A stretch of 64,000 nt of DNA from Vicinamibacterales bacterium (GCA_965207675.1 CBDBMY010000006.1:23358-87357), one strand, 5' to 3'; counted from the first letter of the stretch, positions 19,101 through 27,533 are shown. Notes: a model not told the origin generated them from the sequence alone. Numbers and translations are program-made.

Positions 19101-20624
19101 CGGTCCCGTGCCCCGCGCGTGCTCCGCCGGCGCGCCCGGCGCCGCCGGCATGCCCGGCATGGCCGGCTCGGCGGCCGCAGGCGTCGCGGTCTCCGTGCCG
19201 TGTACGTGCTCTGCCGGCATCCCGGGCGTGGCCGGCGCGCCGGACGCGGGCGTCCCAGGTTCCGTGCCGTGCACGTGCTCCGCCGGCATCCCGGGCATGT
19301 CCGGACCCGACTCGAGGCCGCGGATCGCCTGCGTGAGGTTGCTCTCGGAGTCGATGAGGAACTGCGCGGAGACGACGACCGTGTCCCCCTCCGCGACGCC
19401 GTCCAGCACCTCCCACACGCCGCCGCCCTGCCGGCCGAGGGTCACGGCGGCGACCTGGAATGTTCCGGGAGACCGCTCGAGGACCACGAGGTCGCGGGTG
19501 CCGCCGCGTATCACCGCCTCCTCGGGCACGGCCAGCGCGTTGCGCGCCACCGGCACGTCGAACGTCACGTTGGCGTACATGCCCGCGCGCAGCGTCAGGT
19601 CGGGGTTCTCGAGCTCGATCGAGACCGTCATCGTGCGCGTCCGCTCGTCGAAGTGCGGATAGAGGTAGCGCACGAACCCGGTGTAGGGCCGGCCCGGCAG
19701 GTACGGCAGCTCGACCTGCGCGCGCTGGCCGACGCGCATCGCCTCGACCTGGTGCTCGAAAACCTCGACGTCGACCCAGATCGTCGTCAGGTCGGCCATC
19801 TTGTAGAGGTTCATGCCCGCCTCGACGAACATCCCGTCCAGCGCCTGGTCCATCTTCTCGACCACGACGCCGGTGACCGGGGACAGGACCGACAGGGTGC
19901 GGCGCGGCGTGCGCTCGCGCTCCAGCGTCGCGATCTGCTCGTCGGTGATGTCCCAGTAGCCGAGCCGCGCGCGCGCCGACGCGACGAGCGAGCGCGCTCG
20001 CTCGGCGATCGCCGGGTAGGCCGACGTCTCGAGCCGCGCCGCGTAGTCGACCGCCTGCAGGTACTCCATCTGGGTGGTGACGAGCTGCGGGCTGTAGATG
20101 TCGAACAGGACCTGTCCCTCCTCGACCGTCTCGCCGAGGTAGTTCACGGCCACGTTCTCGATCCAGCCGTCGTACTTCGTGTTGACCCAGGCGATCTGCC
20201 GGTCGTTGTGGGCGAGAGTGCCCACGGTGCGGATGGTCTGCGCGATGCCGCGCCGGGCGACCGGCTCCTTGCGGACCCCGACGCTCTGCACGAAGCCGGG
20301 GTCGATGCGCACCGTGCCCGGCGGCAGGCTCTCGACCTCGTCCGCGTATACCGGGACGAGGTCCATGCCCATGGGCGACCGGCCGGGCCGGTCCGACGTG
20401 AAGGTCGCGTCCATCGGCGCGCGCCAGTACAGAATCTCCCGGTCTTCTTCCGAGGCGGGCGCGCCGGCCGGCGCACGCCCGGCGAGCGCGGGAGCTTCGC
20501 GCGCCGCCACGAGGGAGAAGAGGCGGGAAGGCCACTGCCAGCCCGCCGGATTGACGGCCACCAGCGCCGCCGCGACCACGCCGAGCCCGAAGCTCACGAC
20601 GCCGACGGCGATCGCCTTGTTCAT
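19038..20624 (-). CDS. cusB: efflux RND periplasmic adaptor (membrane fusion protein) with a Met/His-rich repeat tail
   Basis: 528-aa ORF with adaptor blocks VSPVTGVVVEKMDQALDGMFVEAGMNLYKMADLTTIWVDVEVFE and GMYANVTFDV. The C-terminal tail carries three copies of MPGMPAEH(V/A)(H/R)GT. Its ATG overlaps the stop of the preceding small reading frame (ATGA). Confidence 0.9.
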   Translation of the reverse strand: MNKAIAVGVVSFGLGVVAAALVAVNPAGWQWPSRLFSLVAAREAPALAGRAPAGAPASEEDREILYWRAPMDATFTSDRPGRSPMGMDLVPVYADEVESLPPGTVRIDPGFVQSVGVRKEPVARRGIAQTIRTVGTLAHNDRQIAWVNTKYDGWIENVAVNYLGETVEEGQVLFDIYSPQLVTTQMEYLQAVDYAARLETSAYPAIAERARSLVASARARLGYWDITDEQIATLERERTPRRTLSVLSPVTGVVVEKMDQALDGMFVEAGMNLYKMADLTTIWVDVEVFEHQVEAMRVGQRAQVELPYLPGRPYTGFVRYLYPHFDERTRTMTVSIELENPDLTLRAGMYANVTFDVPVARNALAVPEEAVIRGGTRDLVVLERSPGTFQVAAVTLGRQGGGVWEVLDGVAEGDTVVVSAQFLIDSESNLTQAIRGLESGPDMPGMPAEHVHGTEPGTPASGAPATPGMPAEHVHGTETATPAAAEPAMPGMPAAPGAPAEHARGTGPASAQREEPAGPTAGTAGHRH

Positions 20625-20793
20625 GGCGTCCTCCCGGGCACGCGCGTGCCGATCGCCCGTTCGAGGGCGGCGAGCGCGATGAGGATGTCGGACAGGTGGA
20701 CGGCGATCGCCTTGTTCATGGCGTCCTCCCGGGCACGCGCGTGCCGATCGCCCGTTCGAGGGCGGTGAGGGCGATGAGGATGTCGGACAGGTA
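20604..20793. repeat. near-perfect 95-bp tandem duplication of the cusC-stop/cusB-start junction
   Basis: Unit gacggcgatcgccttgttcatggcgtcctcccgggcacgcgcgtgccgatcgcccgttcgagggcgg(c/t)gag(c/g)gcgatgaggatgtcggacaggt(g/a), at 20604-20698 and 20699-20793. The duplication creates a 32-codon chimeric frame (20621..20719, MNKAIAV + HLSDILIALAALERAIGTRVPGRTP) between cusC and cusB. Confidence 0.85.
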
Positions 20794-22053
20794 GCGCGCG
20801 CGCATCGAGCGGACGTCGATCACCGTCCGCTCGCTGTCGAGCAGCTCGAGCACGCCGAGCTCGCCCGTCTCGTAGGCGGTCTCGGTGGCGCGCAGCGCCT
20901 CCTCCGTCTGCGGAATCAGCACCGTGTCGAGCAGGTCGATCTGCCGGTCGAGGGTCTCGAGGCGGACCACCGCCTCCTGGACCTCCATCTCCATGGCGTT
21001 GCGCGCCGCCGCGCGCCGCCGGGTGTGCGCGCGCAGCTCCGCGCCCGCCTCCACGACGCGCGCGCGGTACTTCGCGCCCCAGAGGGGCAGCGACATGCCC
21101 AGGGAGACGGTGACCGAGTTCCTCCCGTCGTCGGCCAGCGGCAGAAGGGCGGCGTCGTCGCGCCGGCCCACGTTGGTCACGCCCACGCTCGCGGTGAAGC
21201 CCGGCCGCGCATCCTTCCTGGCCAGCTCGACGGCCCGCTCGCCGCCCTCGATGAGCGCGCTCGCCGCCCGCAGCTCGTGACGGTGACGGTCGCCGAGGCG
21301 GTAGAGCTCGTCGCGGTCCACCGCGACGGAGGGCCGCACCAGCGGCGCCACCGCCGGCACCGGGGCCTCCGCGGGCCGGTCGAGCAGGGTGTCGAGACGC
21401 GCCGCGAGGGTCGCGCGCTGCCGCTCGAGCAGGTGCCGGCGGTCGATGACCCGGGTGATCTCCGCCTGCAGCCGGATCACCGCCTGCTGCAGGCCCTGGC
21501 CGGTGGCGTAGCGGGCGCTGGCCAGGGTCTCGTAGTGCTCGAGCAGCGACTGCTCCTCGCCGGCGAGACCGAGGGCGGCGTCGACGTACGCCAGGTCGTA
21601 GTAGACCTCCTTGACCTCGGCGACGACGTCCCGCCGGGCCGCCTGGTACAGGTGCCGCAGGGCCGTCGCCTCCAGCAGCGCCACGCGCTCCCGCAGCTCC
21701 AGGGTGCCGAACCAGGGGAACGACTGGGTCAGGGTGACGCTGTTGAGCTGGGGCCCGACGCGGGTCTCCACGCTGCGCAGGGCCTGGGTGAAGCTCACGA
21801 CCGGATCGGGAAGCGCGGCGACCTGGGGCGCCCGCTGCCGCGCCGCTTCGTACCGCGCGCGGGACTCGAGGATCGCCGGATTGCTCTCGACCGCCGCCGT
21901 CACGTAGGCGCGCAGCTCCGGCGCGACGGCGTAGAAGTCGAGCGCGTCCTCCGGTGATGGCGGCACTGCCGGCGGCTGCGCAGCGGCCAGCGTCGAGATC
22001 AGGCCCACGGCGACCAGCCCGGCCGCGGACAGCCGAGAGCGTGTTGCAGGCAT
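20716..22053 (-). CDS. cusC: TolC-family outer-membrane efflux factor of the cus operon
   Basis: Track ORF 20716..22893(-). Start set at MPATRSRLSAAGLVAVGLISTLAAAQ (ATG top base 22053, GGGGGA upstream). Typical outer-membrane-factor repeats are present (VEVKEVYYDLAYVDAAL, LQAEITRVIDRRHLLERQRATLAARL, VLELLDSERTVIDVRSMRARYLSDILIALTALERAIG). Confidence 0.85.
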   Translation of the reverse strand: MPATRSRLSAAGLVAVGLISTLAAAQPPAVPPSPEDALDFYAVAPELRAYVTAAVESNPAILESRARYEAARQRAPQVAALPDPVVSFTQALRSVETRVGPQLNSVTLTQSFPWFGTLELRERVALLEATALRHLYQAARRDVVAEVKEVYYDLAYVDAALGLAGEEQSLLEHYETLASARYATGQGLQQAVIRLQAEITRVIDRRHLLERQRATLAARLDTLLDRPAEAPVPAVAPLVRPSVAVDRDELYRLGDRHRHELRAASALIEGGERAVELARKDARPGFTASVGVTNVGRRDDAALLPLADDGRNSVTVSLGMSLPLWGAKYRARVVEAGAELRAHTRRRAAARNAMEMEVQEAVVRLETLDRQIDLLDTVLIPQTEEALRATETAYETGELGVLELLDSERTVIDVRSMRARYLSDILIALTALERAIGTRVPGRTP

Positions 22054-22274
22054 GGGATCGTCCCCCGTGTTCCGTCGCGTTCCCGGAGCTCGGGGGCGAC
22101 CCTCGTGGTCGCCAGGGCTTCCGGGGAACAGGCGTCCTCCCCCCGAGCGCGGAACGCAACGACACCGGTGGCGCGCGCGGCGCGCGGATCGGCGGCGCGC
22201 GGATCGGCGGCGCGCGGTCCGCGCCCCGGACCCGACGCTCGGGCGGAGAGAACGACGGCCGTGACGGAGAACGA

Positions 22275-22625
22275 TCAGATCAGCAGGGAGGCGTGTTGCA
22301 CGAAGAGCGGCGGCGAGGCGGATCGAGGCCGCGGGTGGTCGGCGTGCCACTCGGCCCGCGGCGACGCGTGCGGCGCGACATCGACGGCGGGCGGCAACGC
22401 GGCGACGGCATCGGGCGCGGCCTTCGCCGCCACGGCGGCGACGACGGGCGCGCAGCAGGTGAACGCGGGCGACGTGTCGCCGTGGTGATCCTGGGCCGGC
22501 TGGTCGTGACAGCTCGACGCGGAGGGCATCGCCGCCGCGGCCGCCATCAACGGGCAGAGGACCACGGCGGCCAGCAGGGTCGACCCGACCCCGAACACGA
22601 AAGACCGCCGCCACCCGCGCAGCAT
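22275..22625 (-). CDS. small membrane-anchored Cys/His-rich protein, first gene of the cus operon (possible metal-binding accessory protein)
   Basis: Track ORF 22275..22757(-). Start set at MLRGWRRSFVFGVGSTLLAAVVLCPLMAAAAA (N-terminal hydrophobic helix). This is followed by SSCHDQPAQDHHGDTSPAFTCCAP and ..HASPRAEWHADHP. No family is assigned with certainty. Confidence 0.5.
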   Translation of the reverse strand: MLRGWRRSFVFGVGSTLLAAVVLCPLMAAAAAMPSASSCHDQPAQDHHGDTSPAFTCCAPVVAAVAAKAAPDAVAALPPAVDVAPHASPRAEWHADHPRPRSASPPLFVQHASLLI

Positions 22626-22653
22626 GCTCCCATCGTCGCACACTCCGGCCGCT

Positions 22654-22936
22654 ATTGCACGAACTCGATGTCGTAGGGGTGCACGGCAGTCGTTCCCGTC
22701 CGACGTGGTGTTCCTGACGACCGGCAATTGCACGAACTCGATGTCGTCGGGGTGCACGGCAGGAATGTGACGGCGCTACGCAAGACGGGGCGCGGCGTCG
22801 TGTGCGGGCGTAGAAGCCTCCATGGGGCGGCGTGTTCGCGGGGTCCAGGCTGCTCCCGCGAATCGGGAGCTTGACAGCGCGAGGGGCCGTCATCCCACAA
22901 TCTTGACGTGCACCATGTCGTCGGGGTGCACGTCAG
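22654..22936. promoter_or_regulatory. three copies of a 36-nt motif upstream of the cus operon; the third copy is an 11-bp perfect inverted repeat
   Basis: Copies at 22654-22689, 22727-22762 (attgcacgaactcgatgtcgt(a/c)ggggtgcacggcag) and 22902-22936 (cttgacgtgcaccatgtcgtcggggtgcacgtcagg). In copy 3, TGACGTGCACC (22904-22914) and GGTGCACGTCA (22925-22935) form a perfect dyad with a 10-nt spacer. Confidence 0.45.
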
Positions 22937-23235
22937 GAAATGAGGCGCCGCGGAGAACGACACCGCAAGCGTCAACCTGACGGTGCCTGGGGCGCTCATC
23001 TCTCGAATCTGTTACGCACCCATGTCATCGACGCCCCGTCCGCTCGGCGAGGGTCGGCCCTGTGCCCGGCGGCCCACCGGCAGGCGGCAGAGAACGACCA
23101 CGACCGCTTGGCGGGAACCGCCCTTCCGGGCGCCGGCCGATTCCGCGGATGCCGGCCGTGCAGGGTACGTGCCTCCCGGGCGACGGGCGCCGCATTGCGG
23201 CGGGTATAATCGACGCCGCCCGACCGGAGGATGCG

Positions 23236-25047
23236 ATGACCACTCCCCGAGACCGCTCCCGACGCCGGTTCGTGAAGCAGATGGGCGCCGCCGCCGGCAT
23301 GCTCGCGGTCCGGCCCGGCGAGGCCGCGGCGCAGGCGCCGGCCGCGCCGGCGATGCCGACCCTGGAGGAGACCCCGCGCTCGGTCCACCCGACCCTCAAC
23401 CGGCGGACGCGCGGCTGGCTGCGCTTCCTGTGGGAGAAGGCGACGACCCCCGACGACTGGAACGCCGACGGGGTGCCGCACATGTGGTGGGACCGCTACT
23501 CCAACCCCGTCGTCACCAGCTACGGCCGCTTCGACCTGCACAACTCGTCGTACGCCCTGCTGCTCATGGCCGACCAGACGCCGGCGTGGCGCGAGGTCTA
23601 CACCCGCATCGCGGACGGGCTCGCCAGCCGCTACCCGACCTACTGGGGGGCCGTCGACTGGCTGACCCAGATCGGCGACGACCCACGGCGGGAGAACTAT
23701 CCTCCGCAGGTGATGGCCGGCATCCCCGAGCGCCTCCGCGGCCGCTACAACCGCATCGGTTGGACCGCGAACGGGATCGAGCCGTGGGGCCTGTCGCCGG
23801 ACCCGATCGGGTCGGAGGGCAACCTCTTCTTCCGCGGCTGGTTCAACCTGCTGCTCGGCATCTACAAGTACGTCTCGGGCGACGACAAGTACGAGCGGCC
23901 GTTTCCCGTGACAGGCTACGGCGACCAGCGGTTCGAGTGGGACCAGCACCGCATCGCCGCCCTGCTCGAGAGCCAGTACCGGGAGCGCCCGGAAGGCCCG
24001 CACTGCGAGAACACGAAGATCTGGTTCCCCTGCAACGCCTCCGCGGGCCTGGGCATGTTCCTGTACGACCGGCTCTACGGGCGCGACACCCACCGCCCGG
24101 TGCAGGGATGGCTGGAGTACGCGCGGGACAACTTCATCGGCATGTCGAACGACGGGCGGCTCGAGTGGGTCACCAGCTACTACGACCCCATCGTCAACCA
24201 CAAGGCGAACGGGGGCCCCGGCGCCGGGGTCGGCGTCGCCTTCCTGCTGCTGCCCCAGGACCGCGAGACGGCGACCCTGCTCTACGAGTCGGCCGCCAAC
24301 GCCCTCGGCTGGAACGACCCGAGCGTCGAGATCCGCGCCTCGGCCACCGGCCTCGTGATGGCGCGCGAGCTCGGCGACCACACCGCGGTGGAGCGGCTGC
24401 GGGCGGCGGCCGAGCGCGAGTACGACCCGCGCTTCTTCGGCGAGCACGACGAGAAGTTCGGCTGGTGGTTCGGCCTGAACGAGGCCTACCCGCGCGGGCA
24501 GCGCAGCGCGAGCATGATGGTGGCCGAGGTCGGCGACGGCGACGCCTGGAACCGCGCCTTCGACGCCCCGCACATGGACAAGTTCGACGCCCCCACCGTG
24601 GAGGGCGTCGACTTCCCGTCGCTCGGCGTCTACCAGGCCTGGAACGACGTCGAGAGCGGCGCCCTCCACGTCGGCACCTGTGCGGCGGCCCCCGAGCGAC
24701 GGGGAGACGACACGAGCTGGCGGGTGACCAACCTGCCCGACCCCGGCGACGTCTTCATCATCTGCGACGGCGCGCCGTTCTCGCGGTTCGCGGCCGACGG
24801 GCCCAACGCCATCCGCGTCGACGGCGCGATCGGGCTGCACCGCTACCAGATCTTCACGGGTTATCGGGGACCGGACGCGCGCCAAGCCGAGGCGCGGCAC
24901 CAGGAACGCCGACGGCGCGCCACGGCGGCCGCGAGCGTCGCGGCCAGCGCCGCCGCTTCGCCCGACCGGCCGCCGCGCGACACCCGTCAGGCCACGGCCA
25001 CCTTCTCGCCGGATGGCGGCCCCACCTGCGCCTGCTGCGTGGGGTGA
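23236..25047 (+). CDS. Tat-exported linalool dehydratase/isomerase (LDI)-like protein
   Basis: Track ORF 23062..25047(+). Start set at MTTPRDRSRRRFVKQMGAAAGMLAV (GGAGGA SD). The blocks NLFFRGWFNLLLGIYKYVSGDDKYE and CENTKIWFPCNASAGLGMFLYDRLYGRDTHRPVQGWLEYARDNFI resemble, from memory, the [20 protein letters not shown] and [29 protein letters not shown] blocks of Castellaniella Ldi. Confidence 0.5.
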   Translation: MTTPRDRSRRRFVKQMGAAAGMLAVRPGEAAAQAPAAPAMPTLEETPRSVHPTLNRRTRGWLRFLWEKATTPDDWNADGVPHMWWDRYSNPVVTSYGRFDLHNSSYALLLMADQTPAWREVYTRIADGLASRYPTYWGAVDWLTQIGDDPRRENYPPQVMAGIPERLRGRYNRIGWTANGIEPWGLSPDPIGSEGNLFFRGWFNLLLGIYKYVSGDDKYERPFPVTGYGDQRFEWDQHRIAALLESQYRERPEGPHCENTKIWFPCNASAGLGMFLYDRLYGRDTHRPVQGWLEYARDNFIGMSNDGRLEWVTSYYDPIVNHKANGGPGAGVGVAFLLLPQDRETATLLYESAANALGWNDPSVEIRASATGLVMARELGDHTAVERLRAAAEREYDPRFFGEHDEKFGWWFGLNEAYPRGQRSASMMVAEVGDGDAWNRAFDAPHMDKFDAPTVEGVDFPSLGVYQAWNDVESGALHVGTCAAAPERRGDDTSWRVTNLPDPGDVFIICDGAPFSRFAADGPNAIRVDGAIGLHRYQIFTGYRGPDARQAEARHQERRRRATAAASVAASAAASPDRPPRDTRQATATFSPDGGPTCACCVG

Positions 25048-25053
25048 CCCTCT

Positions 25054-26040
25054 CTACGGCGCCCGGCCCGCGGCCGCCTCCAGGACGCGCTCGCCGCGTA
25101 GCGCGTTGGCGATCCCGTAGTTCCCCTCGTGGCACGCGTACTCGTAGATGACGTAGCCGGGAGGGCTGACGAGGGGCAGCTCCACCGTGAACGGGCGCGT
25201 GTACGTCGCCGCGTCGTGAATCGTGTAGCGGTACTCGATGGTCTCGGCGTCGATGCGGGTGAACCGCTCGACCGCGCGCAGGTCGCGGGTGCCCGGGAAC
25301 CCCCGCCACGTCGTGTCGTCGCGGTAGTGCGTGGTCTCGATCACGAGGGTGTCGCCGTCCCAGCGGCCGCGCCCGTCGCCGTTCCACTGGCGGATGCGCC
25401 CGTCGATGGGCGGCCGCCCGTCGAGCGGCACGACGCGCACGTCGTGGATCATCTCGTTGAGGATGACGACCTGCCCCGGGCTCTGGAAGATCTGATACGC
25501 GTTGCTGTAGCCGGACGGCACCGGCGGCACCCGCTGGTAGGTCATGCACCGCTCCTGCAGCGGCCGGTCGGCCCACGAATCGAAGGGGCCGGCGGCGCGC
25601 CGCTCGCGTGCGGCCGCGAGCCGCCGCTCTGCCGCCGGCGTCAGGGGCGGAAGCCGGCCGTCGGACGGGTCCACGATGAGCGACGTGCGCCCGGTCGACT
25701 CGCCCCGATCCCACCACACCTGGTCGTAGGCGAGGGCGAGGTCGCGCTCGGCCGAGAGCTCGCCGCGGCGTTCGGACGTCGCCCGGGTCGCGTCGGCCAG
25801 GTTCTGCGCGGCCACCTCCTCCGGCGTCAGGAGCTCGCGCCCGGCGAATTCCGCCGGCCGCTGTAGCGGCGTGAACGTGGCGTAGGACCAGATGCCCTGC
25901 AGGTCCGGATCGCCCCAAGGGGTCCGGAACGTCGTCGGCTCGGGTTCCGATGCGGCCTCCTGACCGGCCGCCAAGCCCGGCATCAGGCACGCCGCCGCGA
26001 CCATCACTACCACCGGTAGCGCCAACCATCGACGGGTCAT
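25054..26040 (-). CDS. secreted protein of unknown function (paralogue of the partial gene at 63541..64000)
   Basis: Track ORF 25054..26046(-). ATG at 26040 preceded by GAGGAGGTG. Signal peptide MTRRWLALPVVVMVAAACLMPGLAAGQ. It shares the N-terminal block TPWGDPD(L/I)QGIWS and SLIVDP(S/P)(D/N)GR(L/F)P with the 63541 gene. Confidence 0.7.
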   Translation of the reverse strand: MTRRWLALPVVVMVAAACLMPGLAAGQEAASEPEPTTFRTPWGDPDLQGIWSYATFTPLQRPAEFAGRELLTPEEVAAQNLADATRATSERRGELSAERDLALAYDQVWWDRGESTGRTSLIVDPSDGRLPPLTPAAERRLAAARERRAAGPFDSWADRPLQERCMTYQRVPPVPSGYSNAYQIFQSPGQVVILNEMIHDVRVVPLDGRPPIDGRIRQWNGDGRGRWDGDTLVIETTHYRDDTTWRGFPGTRDLRAVERFTRIDAETIEYRYTIHDAATYTRPFTVELPLVSPPGYVIYEYACHEGNYGIANALRGERVLEAAAGRAP

Positions 26041-26256
26041 ATCCACCTCCTCGGCTTCGCAAGGACATGGTGCCCGACGAGGCCCGCCCGGGCCCGCCGG
26101 GAGCGATCCGTCGCCCTCGCTTCCCTGAGGATATACCGACCGCCGGCAGACGGGATCGACTGGTTCGCGTTCGAGGCGTCCATGGCGGATGTCGTCCTGC
26201 GGGACACACTGGTCGCCGGTTCGAGACGGCCCTTGCCGGCGTACCCGGCCGGCCGA

Positions 26257-26529
26257 TCACGCCACGTCCACCAGCGCGCGAGGATTCCTCTCGGCGATCA
26301 AGAGCAGCGTCCGAGCCGCACCGGAAGGCATGCGGCGCCCCTGCTCCCACTCCTGCAGAGTACGGACCGAAACGCCCAGCAGCTCCGCGAACCTCGACTG
26401 CGACAGCCCCGTCTTCTCGCGAATGCTCGAGATGGCCGGCACGTTGACGATGCGCCCGTGCTCACCTCGCTTGAGCTCTCGGATACCCTCCAGAATCTCC
26501 TCGCCGATGTCGCGTCCGGCGTCAGCCAT
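26257..26529 (-). CDS. XRE/HigA-type helix-turn-helix antitoxin
   Basis: MADAGRDIGEEILEGIRELKRGE...IREKTGLSQSRFAELLGVSVRTLQEWEQGRR (HTH). The ATG is preceded by GGAGGAG and overlaps the toxin stop codon. The toxin-first gene order is typical of HigBA. Confidence 0.8.
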   Translation of the reverse strand: MADAGRDIGEEILEGIRELKRGEHGRIVNVPAISSIREKTGLSQSRFAELLGVSVRTLQEWEQGRRMPSGAARTLLLIAERNPRALVDVA

Positions 26530-26833
26530 CAATCTCCTCCCTGATCTTCCTCAGCAAGGACGGAGGAATGCTGTCGACCACATTCTTCGCGTAGACGGTC
26601 AACATCCAGATCTCTCCGTACTTCGAGCGCAGGTAGTAGATCACGCGAATTCCGCCACGCTTGCCTCGACCGGCGACGTTCCAACGCAACTTCCGGACTC
26701 CGCCCGACCCCCGGATGATGTCACCGGCTTGCGGATTCGCGATCAGCGCCTCCTGCAGGGCTCGATACTCGTCGTCCGCCAGGTACTCACGCAGCCGCTT
26801 CGTGAAGAGCTTCGTCTCGACGAACGTCAACAC
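26522..26833 (-). CDS. RelE/ParE-superfamily (HigB-like) toxin
   Basis: 103-aa ORF (M)LTFVETKLFTKRLREYLADDEYRALQEALIANPQAGDIIRGSGGVRKLRWNVAGRGKRGGIRVIYYL, with the typical size and motif pattern. It lies upstream of, and overlaps, the HTH antitoxin. Confidence 0.75.
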   Translation of the reverse strand: MLTFVETKLFTKRLREYLADDEYRALQEALIANPQAGDIIRGSGGVRKLRWNVAGRGKRGGIRVIYYLRSKYGEIWMLTVYAKNVVDSIPPSLLRKIREEIDG

Positions 26834-26927
26834 GTCCCAGTATACGTCAATGACGGAGGGGGGCAGCCGGCTCTCACGTCCAGCGCATCTTGTCGCCCGT
26901 CAGTGCGCGTGCTTCGCCTGCGCGCGT

Positions 26928-27079
26928 CGAATCACCCGCTGAACGTTCGCCGAATCACCCGCTGAACGTTCGCCGAATCACCCGCTGAACGTTCGCCGAA
27001 TCACCCGTTGAACGTTCGCCGAATCACCCGTTGAACGTTCGCCGAATCACCCGTTGAACGTTCGCCGAATCACCCGCTC
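26928..27079. repeat. spacer-less tandem array, 6.6 copies of a 23-bp unit cgaatcacccg(c/t)tgaacgttcgc
   Basis: Units begin at 26928, 26951, 26974, 26997, 27020, 27043 and 27066 (the last is partial). The first three carry gct and the next three gtt. Each unit contains the perfect 8-bp palindrome GAACGTTC. The array lies between the vapC stop and the higB-like start. Confidence 0.9.
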
Positions 27080-27098
27080 GGGCTGGCACGGACGACCG

Positions 27099-27533
27099 TC
27101 AGGCAACGAGCGGGTTGCGAGCGGCGAGGGACGGAAAGCGGCCGAAATCGCGATCGGCGGTCAGCAGCTCTTCGACGCCGTGACCGATGCAGATGGCGGC
27201 AATCCGCGCGTCGTGCACCATGGGGCCCCGGACCTGTCCCGCCGAGAGCTGCCGGCGCAGGATCGCCCAGTGATCGTGCGGCTCGCCGAGGAGCACCAGC
27301 CCCGGCGACTCCATCCACGCGTCGAACTGGCCGAGCGCCTCCTCCACGGTGGACGGCGGGTCGTAGATGCGCGGGTGGGTGACGACGGCGATGAACTCGT
27401 GAAGGCACGGCCACGGAATCGCCCAGGCGGCGCGTCCCTCCGCGAGGCGGCGCACGCACGCGCTCGCGCCGGCGTGCCAGCGGGAGTCGCGCCGGTGGGC
27501 GTGGACGAGGATGTTCGTGTCGACGGCCGTCAA
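27099..27533 (-). CDS. vapC: PIN-domain toxin VapC
   Basis: MTAVDTNILVHAHRRDS... (N-terminal acidic D of PIN), ..CLHEFIAVVTHP.., ..HDARIAAICIGHGVEELLTADRDF. Its start overlaps the antitoxin stop by 4 nt. Confidence 0.85.
   Translation of the reverse strand: MTAVDTNILVHAHRRDSRWHAGASACVRRLAEGRAAWAIPWPCLHEFIAVVTHPRIYDPPSTVEEALGQFDAWMESPGLVLLGEPHDHWAILRRQLSAGQVRGPMVHDARIAAICIGHGVEELLTADRDFGRFPSLAARNPLVA

Noticed and set aside
14501-19336. 1611-aa + strand ORF and the 1415-aa ORF 14652..18899(-)
   Set aside because: Both are Arg/Gly/Pro/His-rich shadows of cusA (15755..18919, -) and of the Uma2-DUF4351 gene. The cusA frame has unmistakable RND motifs.
26928-27079. Possible CRISPR array (regular 23-bp repeats)
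   Set aside because: The repeats are directly adjacent with no spacers, the unit is short, and there are no cas genes in the window. It is a plain tandem repeat.
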